This document shows positions 42,430 to 56,350 of a DNA stretch of 64,000 nucleotides, piece after piece; the stretch's first letter is position 1; each line of letters opens with the position of its first letter. Source of the DNA: Auanema rhodensis (lineage: Eukaryota; Animalia; Nematoda). The translations under genes and the position numbers were made by a program. The notes beneath the pieces are model-generated. The model saw nothing but the letters and a program-made list of their open reading frames with translations, had not been told where the DNA came from and ran no database searches. The stretch lies in the NCBI GenBank assembly GCA_964057225.1, contig OZ059894.1, positions 5,270,001 to 5,334,000 on the forward strand, given 5' to 3'.

Positions 42430-44540
42430 AATTTTTATTAATATTTGTGCATGGTAACCATGACTTTAAAATTTACGTGAACTTTAATTTATGCTAATTA
42501 AGTGTACACATGATGTGCACTTGGTATGTAACTCGCTTCACGTGAAAGATAAAGAGATGCGGATTTCAAAATTAGATTCCCCATGTCCATATTAGTCTAA
42601 AAACAAATTTTTATTAATATTGGTGCATGGTAACCATGACTTTAAAATTTACCTGAACTTTAATTTATGCTAATTAAGTGTACACATGATGTGCACTCGG
42701 TATGTAACTCGCTTCACGTGAAAGATAAAGAGATGCGATTTTCAAAATTAAATTCCTCATGTCCATATTAGTCTAAAAACGAATTTTTATTGATATTGAT
42801 GCATGGTAACCATGACTTTGAAATTTACGTGAACTTTAATTTATGCTAATTAAGTGTACACATGATGTGCACTTGGTATGTAACTCGCTTCAAGTGAAAG
42901 ATAAAGAGATGCGGTTTTCAAAATTAGATTTCGCATGTCCATATTAGTCTAAAAACAAATTTTTATTGATATTGGAGCATGGTAACCATGACTTTAAAAT
43001 TTACGTGAACTTTAATTTATGCTAATTAAGTGTACACGTGTTGTGCATTTGGTATGTAACTCGCTTCACGTGAAAGATGAAGGGATGCGGTTTTCAAAAT
43101 TAGATTCCTCATGTCCATATTAGTCTAAAAACAAATTTTTGTTGATATTGGTGGATGGTAACCATGACTTTCAAATTTACGTGAACTTTAATTTATGCTA
43201 ATTAAGTGTACACGTGTTGTGCATTTGGTATGTAACTCGCTTCAAGTGAAAGATGAAGAGATGCGGTTTTCAAAATTAGATTTCGCATGTCCATATTAGT
43301 CTAAAAACAAATTTTTATTGATATTGGTGCATGGTAACCATGACTTTAAAATTTACGTGAACTTTAATTTATGCTAATTAAGTGTACACGTGTTGTGCAT
43401 TTGGTATGTAACTCGCTTCACGTGAAAGATGAAGGGATGCGGTTTTCAAAATTAGATTCCTCATGTCCATATTAGTCTAAAAACAAATTTTTGTTGATAT
43501 TGGTGGATGGTAACCATGACTTTCAAATTTACGTGAACTTTAATTTATGCTAATTAAGTGTACACGTGTTGTGCATTTGGTATGTAACTCGCTTCAAGTG
43601 AAAGATGAAGAGATGCGGTTTTCAAAATTAGATTTCGCATGTCCATATTAGTCTAAAAACAAATTTTTATTAATATTTGTGCATGGTAACCATGACTTTA
43701 AAATTTACGTGAACTTTAATTTATGCTAATTAAGTGTACACATGATGTGCACTTGGTATGTAACTCGCTTCACGTGAAAGATAAAGAGATGCGGATTTCA
43801 AAATTAGATTCCCCATGTCCATATTAGTCTAAAAACAAATTTTTATTAATATTGGTGCATGGTAACCATGACTTTAAAATTTACCTGAACTTTAATTTAT
43901 GCTAATTAAGTGTACACATGATGTGCACTCGGTATGTAACTCGCTTCACGTGAAAGATAAAGAGATGCGATTTTCAAAATTAAATTCCTCATGTCCATAT
44001 TAGTCTAAAAACGAATTTTTATTGATATTGATGCATGGTAACCATGACTTTGAAATTTACGTGAACTTTAATTTATGCTAATTAAGTGTACACATGATGT
44101 GCACTTGGTATGTAACTCGCTTCAAGTGAAAGATAAAGAGATGCGGTTTTCAAAATTAGATTTCGCATGTCCATATTAGTCTAAAAACAAATTTTTATTG
44201 ATATTGGAGCATGGTAACCATGACTTTAAAATTTACGTGAACTTTAATTTATGCTAATTAAGTGTACACGTGTTGTGCATTTGGTATGTAACTCGCTTCA
44301 CGTGAAAGATGAAGGGATGCGGTTTTCAAAATTAGATTCCTCATGTCCATATTAGTCTAAAAACAAATTTTTGTTGATATTGGTGGATGGTAACCATGAC
44401 TTTCAAATTTACGTGAACTTTAATTTATGCTAATTAAGTGTACACGTGTTGTGCATTTGGTATGTAACTCGCTTCAAGTGAAAGATGAAGAGATGCGGTT
44501 TTCAAAATTAGATTTCGCATGTCCATATTAGTCTAAAAAC
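42430..44540 (+). repeat. 7-monomer (1232-bp) offset duplication with an internal dimer repeat
   Basis: TTACCTGAAC at 42653 and 43885, ATATTTGTGC at ~42441 and ~43673. GTGTTGTGCATTT occurs in consecutive monomers at 43038-43570 and 44270-44450. Confidence 0.82.
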
Positions 44541-46169
44541 AAATTTTTATTGATATTGGTGCATGGTAACCATGACTTTGAAATTTACGTGAACTTTAAT
44601 TTATGCTAATTAAGTGTACACGTGATGTGCACTTGGTATGTAACTCGCTTCACGTGAAAGATGAAGAGATGCGGTTTTCAAAATTAGATTCCCCATGTCC
44701 ATATTAGTCTAAAAACAAATTTTTGTTGATATTGGTGGATGGTAACCATGACTTTCAAATTTACGTGAACTTCAATTTATGCTAATTAAGTGTACACGTG
44801 ATGTGCACTTGGTATGTAACTCGCTTAAAGTCAAAGATAAAGAGATGCGGTTTTCAAAATTAGATTCCCCATGTCCATATTAGTCTAAAAACAAATTTTT
44901 ATTAATATTGGTGCATGGTAACCATGACTTTGAAATTTACGTGAACTTTAATTTATGCTAATTAAGTGTACACATAATGTGCACTTGGTATGTAACTCGC
45001 TTCAAGTGAAAGATAAAGAGATGCGGTTTTCAAAAATAGATTTCGCATGTCCATATTAGTCTAAAAACAAATTTTTATTGATATTGGTGCATGGTAACCA
45101 TGACTTTAAAATTTACGTGAGCTTTAATTTATGCTAATTAAGTGAACACATGATGTGCACTTGGTATGTAACTCGCTTCACGTGAAAGATAAAGAGATGC
45201 GGTTTTCAAAATTAGATTCCTCATGTCCATATTAGTCTAAAAACGAATTTTAATTGATATTGATGCATGGTAACCATGAATTTGAAATTTACGTGAACTT
45301 TAATTTATGCTAATTAAGTGTACACATGATGTGCACTTGGTATGTAACTCGCTTCACGTGAAAGATAAAGAGATGCGGATTTCAAAATTAGATTCCCCAT
45401 GTCCATATTAGTCTAAAAACAAATTTTTATTAATATTGGTGCATGTTAACCATGACTTTAAAATTTACGTGAACTTTAATTTATGCTAATTAAGTGTACA
45501 CATGATGTGCACTCGGTATGTAACTCGCTTCACGTGAAAGATAAAGAGATGCGATTTTCAAAATTAAATTCCTCATGTCCATATTAGTCTAAAAACGAAT
45601 TTTTATTGATATTGATGCATGGTAACCATGACTTTGAAATTTACGTGAACTTTAATTTATGCTAATTAAGTGTACACATGATGTGCACTTGGTATGTAAC
45701 TCGCTTCAAGTCAAAGATAAAGGGATGCGGTTTTCAAAATTAGATTCCTCATGTCCATATTAGTCTAAAAACAAATTTTTGTTGATATTGGTGGATGGTA
45801 ACCATGACTTTCAAATTTACGTGAACTTTAATTTATGCTAATTAAGTGTACACGTGTTGTGCACTTGGTATGTAACTCGCTTCAAGTGAAAGATAAAGAG
45901 ATGCGGTTTTCAAAATTAGATTTCGCATGTCCATATTAGTCTAAAAACGAATTTTTATTGATATTGATGCATGGTAACCATGACTTTGAAATTTACGTGA
46001 ACTTTAATTTATGCTAATTAAGTGTACACGTGATGTGCACTTGGTATGTAACTCGCTTCACGTGAAAGATGAAGGGATGCGGTTTTCAAAATTAGATTCC
46101 TCATGTCCATATTAGTCTAAAAACAAATTTTTGTTGATATTGGTGGATGGTAACCATGACTTTCAAATT

Positions 46170-49100
46170 TACGTGAACTTTAATTTATGCTAATTAAGTG
46201 TACACGTGTTGTGCACTTGGTATGTAACTCGCTTCAAGTGAAAGATAAAGAGATGCGGTTTTCAAAATTAGATTTCGCATGTCCATATTAGTCTAAAAAC
46301 AAATTTTTATTGATATTGGTGCATGGTAACCATGACTTTGAAATTTACGTGAACTTTAATTTATGCTAATTAAGTGTACACGTGATGTGCACTTGGTATG
46401 TAACTCGCTTCACGTGAAAGATGAAGAGATGCGGTTTTCAAAATTAGATTCCCCATGTCCATATTAGTCTAAAAACAAATTTTTGTTGATATTGGTGGAT
46501 GGTAACCATGACTTTCAAATTTACGTGAACTTCAATTTATGCTAATTAAGTGTACACGTGATGTGCACTTGGTATGTAACTCGCTTCAAGTCAAAGATAA
46601 AGAGATGCGGTTTTCAAAATTAGATTCCCCATGTCCATATTAGTCTAAAAACAAATTTTTATTAATATTGGTGCATGGTAACCATGACTTTGAAATTTAC
46701 GTGAACTTTAATTTATGCTAATTAAGTGTACACATAATGTGCACTTGGTATGTAACTCGCTTCAAGTGAAAGATAAAGAGATGCGGTTTTCAAAATTAGA
46801 TTCCCCATGTCCATATTAGTCTAAAAACAAATTTTTGTTGATATTGGTGGATGGTAACCATGACTTTCAAATTTACGTGAACTTCAATTTATGCTAATTA
46901 AGTGTACACGTGATGTGCACTTGGTATGTAACTCGCTTCAAGTCAAAGATAAAGAGATGCGGTTTTCAAAATTAGATTCCCCATGTCCATATTAGTCTAA
47001 AAACAAATTTTTATTAATATTGGTGCATGGTAACCATGACTTTGAAATTTACGTGAACTTTAATTTATGCTAATTAAGTGTACACATAATATGCACTTGG
47101 TATGTAACTCGCTTCAAGTGAAAGATAAAGAGATGCGGTTTTCAAAATTAGATTTCGCATGTCCATATTAGTCTAAAAACAAAGTTTTATTAATATTGGT
47201 GCATGTTAACCATGACTTTAAAATTTACGTGAACTTTAATTTATGCTAATTAAGTGTACACATGATGTGCACTCGGTATGTAACTCGCTTCACGTGAAAG
47301 ATAAAGAGATGCGATTTTCAAAATTAAATTCCTCATGTCCATATTAGTCTAAAAACGAATTTTTATTGATATTGATGCATGGTAACCATGACTTTTAAAT
47401 TTACGTGAACTTTAATTTATGCTAATTAAGTGTACACATGATGTGCACTTGGTATGTAACTCGCTTCAAGTGAAAGATAAAGAGATGCGGTTTTCAAAAT
47501 TAGATTTCGCATGTCCATATTAGTCTAAAAACAAATTTTTATTGATATTGGAGCATGGTAACCATGACTTTAAAATTTACGTGAACTTCAATTTATGCTA
47601 ATTAAGTGTACACGTGATGTGCACTTGGTATGTAACTCGCTTCACGTGAAAGATGAAGGGATGCGGTTTTCAAAATTAGATTCCTCATGTCCATATTAGT
47701 CTAAAAACAAATTTTTGTTGATATTGGTGGATGGTAACCATGACTTTCAAATTTACGTGAACTTTAATTTATGCTAATTAAGTGTACACGTGTTGTGCAC
47801 TTGGTATGTAACTCGCTTCAAGTGAAAGATAAAGAGATGCGGTTTTCAAAATTAGATTTCGCATGTCCATATTAGTCTAAAAACAAATTTTTATTGATAT
47901 TGGTGCATGGTAACCATGACTTTGAAATTTACGTGAACTTTAATTTATGCTAATTGAGTGTACACGTGATGTGCACTTGGTATGTAACTCGCTTCACGTG
48001 AAAGATGAAGAGATGCGGTTTTCAAAATTAGATTCCCCATGTCCATATTAGTCTAAAAACAAATTTTTGTTGATATTGGTGGATGGTAACCATGACTTTC
48101 AAATTTACGTGAACTTCAATTTATGCTAATTAAGTGTACACGTGATGTGCACTTGGTATGTAACTCGCTTCAAGTCAAAGATAAAGAGATGCGGTTTTCA
48201 AAATTAGATTCCCCATGTCCATATTAGTCTAAAAACAAATTTTTATTAATATTGGTGCATGGTAACCATGACTTTGAAATTTACGTGAACTTTAATTTAT
48301 GCTAATTAAGTGTACACATAATGTGCACTTGGTATGTAACTCGCTTCAAGTGAAAGATAAAGAGATGCGGTTTTCAAAATTAGATTTCGCATGTCCATAT
48401 TAGTCTAAAAACAAATTTTTATTGATATTGGTGCATGGTAACCATGACTTTCAAATTTACGTGAACTTTAATTTATGCTAATTAAGTGTACACGTGTTGT
48501 GCACTTGGTATGTAACTCGCTTCAAGTGAAAGATAAAGAGATGCGGTTTTCAAAATTAGATTTCGCATGTCCATATTAGTCTAAAAACAAATTTTTATTG
48601 ATATTGGTGCATGGTAACCATGACTTTGAAATTTACGTGAACTTTAATTTATGCTAATTAAGTGTACACGTGATGTGCACTTGGTATGTAACTCGCTTCA
48701 CGTGAAAGATGAAGAGATGCGGTTTTCAAAATTAGATTCCCCATGTCCATATTAGTCTAAAAACAAATTTTTGTTGATATTGGTGGATGGTAACCATGAC
48801 TTTCAAATTTACGTGAACTTCAATTTATGCTAATTAAGTGTACACGTGATGTGCACTTGGTATGTAACTCGCTTCAAGTCAAAGATAAAGAGATGCGGTT
48901 TTCAAAATTAGATTCCCCATGTCCATATTAGTCTAAAAACAAATTTTTATTAATATTGGTGCATGGTAACCATGACTTTGAAATTTACGTGAACTTTAAT
49001 TTATGCTAATTAAGTGTACACATAATGTGCACTTGGTATGTAACTCGCTTCAAGTGAAAGATAAAGAGATGCGGTTTTCAAAATTAGATTCCCCATGTCC

Positions 49101-50720
49101 ATATTAGTCTAAAAACAAATTTTTGTTGATATTGGTGGATGGTAACCATGACTTTCAAATTTACGTGAACTTCAATTTATGCTAATTAAGTGTACACGTG
49201 ATGTGCACTTGGTATGTAACTCGCTTCAAGTCAAAGATAAAGAGATGCGGTTTTCAAAATTAGATTCCCCATGTCCATATTAGTCTAAAAACAAATTTTT
49301 ATTAATATTGGTGCATGGTAACCATGACTTTGAAATTTACGTGAACTTTAATTTATGCTAATTAAGTGTACACATAATATGCACTTGGTATGTAACTCGC
49401 TTCAAGTGAAAGATAAAGAGATGCGGTTTTCAAAATTAGATTTCGCATGTCCATATTAGTCTAAAAACAAAGTTTTATTAATATTGGTGCATGTTAACCA
49501 TGACTTTAAAATTTACGTGAACTTTAATTTATGCTAATTAAGTGTACACATGATGTGCACTCGGTATGTAACTCGCTTCACGTGAAAGATAAAGAGATGC
49601 GATTTTCAAAATTAAATTCCTCATTTCCATATTAGTCTAAAAACGAATTTTTATTGATATTGATGCATGGTAACCATGACTTTTAAATTTACGTGAACTT
49701 TAATTTATGCTAATTAAGTGTACACGTGATGTGCACTTGGTATGTAACTCGCTTCACGTGAAAGATAAAGAGATGCGGTTTTCAAAATTAGATTCCTCAT
49801 GTCCATATTAGTCTAAAAACGAATTTTTATTGATATTGATGCATGGTAACCATGACTTTTAAATTTACGTGAACTTTAATTTATGCTAATTAAGTGTACA
49901 CATGATGTGCACTTGGTATGTAACTCGCTTCAAGTGAAAGATAAAGAGATGCGGTTTTCAAAATTAGATTTCGCATGTCCATATTAGTCTAAAAACAAAT
50001 TTTTGTTGATATTGGTGGATGGTAACCATGACTTTCAAATTTACGTGAACTTTAATTTATGCTAATTAAGTGTACACGTGTTGTGCACTTGGTATGTAAC
50101 TCGCTTCAAGTGAAAGATAAAGAGATGCGGTTTTCAAAATTAGATTTCGCATGTCCATATTAGTCTAAAAACAAATTTTTATTGATATTGGTGCATGGTA
50201 ACCATGACTTTGAAATTTACGTGAACTTTAATTTATGCTAATTGAGTGTACACGTGATGTGCACTTGGTATGTAACTCGCTTCACGTGAAAGATGAAGAG
50301 ATGCGGTTTTCAAAATTAGATTCCCCATGTCCATATTAGTCTAAAAACAAATTTTTGTTGATATTGGTGGATGGTAACCATGACTTTCAAATTTACGTGA
50401 ACTTCAATTTATGCTAATTAAGTGTACACGTGATGTGCACTTGGTATGTAACTCGCTTCAAGTCAAAGATAAAGAGATGCGGTTTTCAAAATTAGATTCC
50501 CCATGTCCATATTAGTCTAAAAACAAATTTTTATTAATATTGGTGCATGGTAACCATGACTTTGAAATTTACGTGAACTTTAATTTATGCTAATTAAGTG
50601 TACACATAATGTGCACTTGGTATGTAACTCGCTTCAAGTGAAAGATAAAGAGATGCGGTTTTCAAAATTAGATTTCGCATGTCCATATTAGTCTAAAAAC
50701 AAATTTTTATTGATATTGGT
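46170..50720 (+). repeat. 13-monomer (2288-bp) duplication
   Basis: CAAAGTTTT at 47184 and 49472, AATTGAGTG at 47956 and 50244, CATAATATGC at the same offset. Confidence 0.8.
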
Positions 50721-52519
50721 GCATGGTAACCATGACTTTAAAATTTACGTGAACTTTAATTTATGCTAATTAAGTGTACACATGATGTGCACTCGGTATG
50801 TAACTCGCTTCACGTGAAAGATAAAGAGATGCGATTTTCAAAATTAAATTCCTCATGTCCATATTAGTCTAAAAACGAATTTTTATTGATATTGATGCAT
50901 GGTAACCATGACTTTGAAATTTACGTGAACTTTAATTTATGCTAATTAAGTGTACACATGATGTGCACTTGGTATGTAACTCGCTTCAAGTGAAAGATAA
51001 AGAGATGCGGTTTTCAAAATTAGATTTCGCATGTCCATATTAGTCTAAAAACAAATTTTTATTGATATTGGAGCATGGTAACCATGACTTTAAAATTTAC
51101 GTGAACTTCAATTTATGCTAATTAAGTGTACACGTGATGTGCACTTGGTATGTAACTCGCTTCACGTGAAAGATGAAGGGATGCGGTTTTCAAAATTAGA
51201 TTCCTCATGTCCATTTTAGTCTAAAAACAAATTTTTGTTGATATTGGTGGATGGTAACCATGACTTTCAAATTTACGTGAACTTTAATTTATGCTAATTA
51301 AGTGTACACGTGTTGTGCACTTGGTATGTAACTCGCTTCAAGTGAAAGATAAAGAGATGCGGTTTTCAAAATTAGATTTCTCATGTCCATATTAGTCTAA
51401 AAACGAATTTTAATTGATATTGATGCATGGTAACCATGAATTTGAAATTTACGTGAACTTTAATTTATGCTAATTAAGTGTACACATGATGTGCACTAGG
51501 TATGTAACTCGCTTCAAGTGATAGATAAAGAGATGCGGTTTTCAAAATTAGATTCCCCATGTCCATATTAGTCTAAAAACAAATTTTTATTAATATTGGT
51601 GCATGGTAACCATGACTTTGAAATTTACGTGAACTTTAATTTATGCTAATTAAGTGTACACATAATGTGCACTTGGTATGTAACTCGCTTCAAGTGAAAG
51701 ATAAAGAGATGCGGTTTTCAAAATTAGATTTCGCATGTCCATATTAGTCTAAAAACAAATTTTTATTGATATTGGTGCATGGTAACCATGACTTTAAAAT
51801 TTACGTGAACTTTAATTTATGCTAATTAAGTGTACACATGATGTGCACTCGGTATGTAACTCGCTTCACGTGAAAGATAAAGAGATGCGATTTTCAAAAT
51901 TAAATTCCTCATGTCCATATTAGTCTAAAAACGAATTTTTATTGATATTGATGCATGGTAACCATGACTTTGAAATTTACGTGAACTTTAATTTATGCTA
52001 ATTAAGTGTACACATAATGTGCACTTGGTATGTAACTCGCTTCAAGTGAAAGATAAAGAGATGCGGTTTTCAAAATTAGATTTCGCATGTCCATATTAGT
52101 CTAAAAACAAATTTTTATTGATATTGGTGCATGGTAACCATGACTTTAAAATTTACGTGAACTTTAATTTATGCTAATTAAGTGAACACATGATGTGCAC
52201 TTGGTATGTAACTCGCTTCACGTGAAAGATAAAGAGATGCGGTTTTCAAAATTAGATTCCTCATGTCCATATTAGTCTAAAAACGAATTTTAATTGATAT
52301 TGGTGCATGGTAACCATGAATTTGAAATTTACGTGAACTTTAATTTATGCTAATTAAGTGTACACATAATGTGCACTTGGTATGTAACTCGCTTCAAGTG
52401 ATAGATAAAGAGATGCGGTTTTCAAAATTAGATTCCCCATGTCCATATTAGTCTAAAAACAAATTTTTATTGATATTGGTGCATGGTAACCATGACTTTA
52501 AAATTTACGTGAACTTTAA

Positions 52520-55500
52520 TTTATGCTAATTAAGTGTACACGTGTTGTGCACTTGGTATGTAACTCGCTTCAAGTGAAAGATAAAGAGATGCGGTTTTCA
52601 AAATTAGATTTCGCATGTCCATATTAGTCTAAAAACAAATTTTTATTGATATTGGTGCATGGTAACCATGACTTTAAAATTTACGTGAACTTTAATTTAT
52701 GCTAATTAAGTGAACACATGATGTGCACTTGGTATGTAACTCGCTTCACGTGAAAGATAAAGAGATGCGGTTTTCAAAATTAGATTCCTCATGTCCATAT
52801 TAGTCTAAAAACGAATTTTAATTGATATTGATGCATGGTAACCATGAATTTGAAATTTACGTGAACTTTAATTTATGCTAATTAAGTGTACACATGATGT
52901 GCACTTGGTATGTAACTCGCTTCAAGTGATAGATAAAGAGATGCGGTTTTCAAAATTAGATTCCCCATGTCCATATTAGTCTAAAAACAAATTTTTATTA
53001 ATATTGGTGCATGGTAACCATGACTTTGAAATTTACGTGAACTTTAATTTATGCTAATTAAGAGTACACATAATGTGCACTTGGTATGTAACTCGCTTCA
53101 AGTGAAAGATAAAGAGATGCGGTTTTCAAAATTAGATTTCGCATGTCCATATTAGTCTAAAAACAAATTTTTATTGATATTGGTGCATGGTAACCATGAC
53201 TTTAAAATTTACGTGAACTTTAATTTATGCTAATTAAGTGTACACATGATGTGCACTCGGTATGTAACTCGCTTCACGTGAAAGATAAAGAGATGCGATT
53301 TTCAAAATTAAATTCCTCATGTCCATATTAGTCTAAAAACGAATTTTTATTGATATTGATGCATGGTAACCATGACTTTGAAATTTACGTGAACTTTAAT
53401 TTATGCTAATTAAGTGTACACATGATGTGCACTTGGTATGTAACTCGCTTCAAGTGAAAGATAAAGAGATGCGGTTTTCAAAATTAGATTTCGCATGTCC
53501 ATATTAGTCTAAAAACAAATTTTTATTGATATTGGAGCATGGTAACCATGACTTTAAAATTTACGTGAACTTCAATTTATGCTAATTAAGTGTACACGTG
53601 ATGTGCACTTGGTATGTAACTCGCTTCACGTGAAAGATGAAGGGATGCGGTTTTCAAAATTAGATTCCTCATGTCCATATTAGTCTAAAAACAAATTTTT
53701 GTTGATATTGGTGGATGGTAACCATGACTTTCAAATTTACGTGAACTTTAATTTATGCTAATTAAGTGTACACGTGTTGTGCACTTGGTATGTAACTCGC
53801 TTCAAGTGAAAGATAAAGAGATGCGGTTTTCAAAATTAGATTTCGCATGTCCATATTAGTCTAAAAACAATTTTTTATTGATATTGGTGCATGGTAACCT
53901 TGACTTTAAAATTTACGTGAACTTTAATTTATGCTAATTAAGTGAACACATGATGTGCACTTGGTATGTAACTCGCTTCACGTGAAAGATAAAGAGATGC
54001 GGTTTTCAAAATTAGATTCCTCATGTCCATATTAGTCTAAAAACGAATTTTAATTGATATTGATGCATGGTAACCATGAATTTGAAATTTACGTGAACTT
54101 TAATTTATGCTAATTAAGTGTACACATGATGTGCACTTGGTATGTAACTCGCTTCAAGTGATAGATAAAGAGATGCGGTTTTCAAAATTAGATTCCCCAT
54201 GTCCATATTAGTCTAAAAACAAATTTTTATTAATATTGGTGCATGGTAACCATGACTTTGAAATTTACGTGAACTTTAATTTATGCTAATTAAGTGTACA
54301 CATAATGTGCACTTGGTATGTAACTCGCTTCAAGTGAAAGATAAAGAGATGCGGTTTTCAAAATTAGATTTCGCATGTCCATATTAGTCTAAAAACAAAT
54401 TTTTATTGATATTGGTGCATGGTAACCATGACTTTAAAATTTACGTGAACTTTAATTTATGCTAATTAAGTGTACACATGATGTGCACTCGGTATGTAAC
54501 TCGCTTCACGTGAAAGATAAAGAGATGCGATTTTCAAAATTAAATTCCTCATGTCCATATTAGTCTAAAAACGAATTTTTATTGATATTGATGCATGGTA
54601 ACCATGACTTTGAAATTTACGTGAACTTTAATTTATGCTAATTAAGTGTACACATGATGTGCACTTGGTATGTAACTCGCTTCAAGTGAAAGATAAAGAG
54701 ATGCGGTTTTCAAAATTAGATTTCGCATGTCCATATTAGTCTAAAAACAAATTTTTATTGATATTGGAGCATGGTAACCATGACTTTAAAATTTACGTGA
54801 ACTTCAATTTATGCTAATTAAGTGTACACGTGATGTGCACTTGGTATGTAACTCGCTTCACGTGAAAGATGAAGGGATGCGGTTTTCAAAATTAGATTCC
54901 TCATGTCCATATTAGTCTAAAAACAAATTTTTGTTGATATTGGTGGATGGTAACCATGACTTTCAAATTTACGTGAACTTTAATTTATGCTAATTAAGTG
55001 TACACGTGTTGTGCACTTGGTATGTAACTCGCTTCAAGTGAAAGATAAAGAGATGCGGTTTTCAAAATTAGATTTCGCATGTCCATATTAGTCTAAAAAC
55101 AAATTTTTATTGATATTGGTGCATGGTAACCATGACTTTAAAATTTACGTGAACTTTAATTTATGCTAATTAAGTGAACACATGATGTGCACTTGGTATG
55201 TAACTCGCTTCACGTGAAAGATAAAGAGATGCGGTTTTCAAAATTAGATTCCTCATGTCCATATTAGTCTAAAAACGAATTTTAATTGATATTGATGCAT
55301 GGTAACCATGAATTTGAAATTTACGTGAACTTTAATTTATGCTAATTAAGTGTACACATGATGTGCACTTGGTATGTAACTCGCTTCAAGTGATAGATAA
55401 AGAGATGCGGTTTTCAAAATTAGATTCCCCATGTCCATATTAGTCTAAAAACAAATTTTTATTAATATTGGTGCATGGTAACCATGACTTTGAAATTTAC

Positions 55501-56350
55501 GTGAACTTTAATTTATGCTAATTAAGTGTACACATAATGTGCACTTGGTATGTAACTCGCTTCAAGTGAAAGATAAAGAGATGCGGTTTTCAAAATTAGA
55601 TTTCGCATGTCCATATTAGTCTAAAAACAAATTTTTATTGATATTGGTGCATGGTAACCATGACTTTAAAATTTACGTGAACTTTAATTTATGCTAATTA
55701 AGTGTACACATGATGTGCACTCGGTATGTAACTCGCTTCACGTGAAAGATAAAGAGATGCGATTTTCAAAATTAAATTCCTCATGTCCATATTAGTCTAA
55801 AAACGAATTTTTATTGATATTGATGCATGGTAACCATGACTTTGAAATTTACGTGAACTTTAATTTATGCTAATTAAGTGTACACATGATGTGCACTTGG
55901 TATGTAACTCGCTTCAAGTGAAAGATAAAGAGATGCGGTTTTCAAAATTAGATTTCGCATGTCCATATTAGTCTAAAAACAAATTTTTATTGATATTGGA
56001 GCATGGTAACCATGACTTTAAAATTTACGTGAACTTCAATTTATGCTAATTAAGTGTACACGTGATGTGCACTTGGTATGTAACTCGCTTCACGTGAAAG
56101 ATGAAGGGATGCGGTTTTCAAAATTAGATACCTCATGTCCATATTAGTCTAAAAACAAATTTTTGTTGATATTGGTGGATGGTAACCATGACTTTCAAAT
56201 TTACGTGAACTTTAATTTATGCTAATTAAGTGTACACGTGTTGTGCACTTGGTATGTAACTCGCTTCAAGTGAAAGATAAAGAGATGCGGTTTTCAAAAT
56301 TAGATTTCGCATGTCCATATTAGTCTAAAAACAAATTTTTATTGATATTG
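52520..56350 (+). repeat. 7-monomer (1232-bp) HOR, about 3 copies
   Basis: GTGATAGAT at 52930, 54162 and 55394. CACTCGG...CGATTTT...ATTAAATT at ~53254, ~54486 and ~55718. Confidence 0.85.
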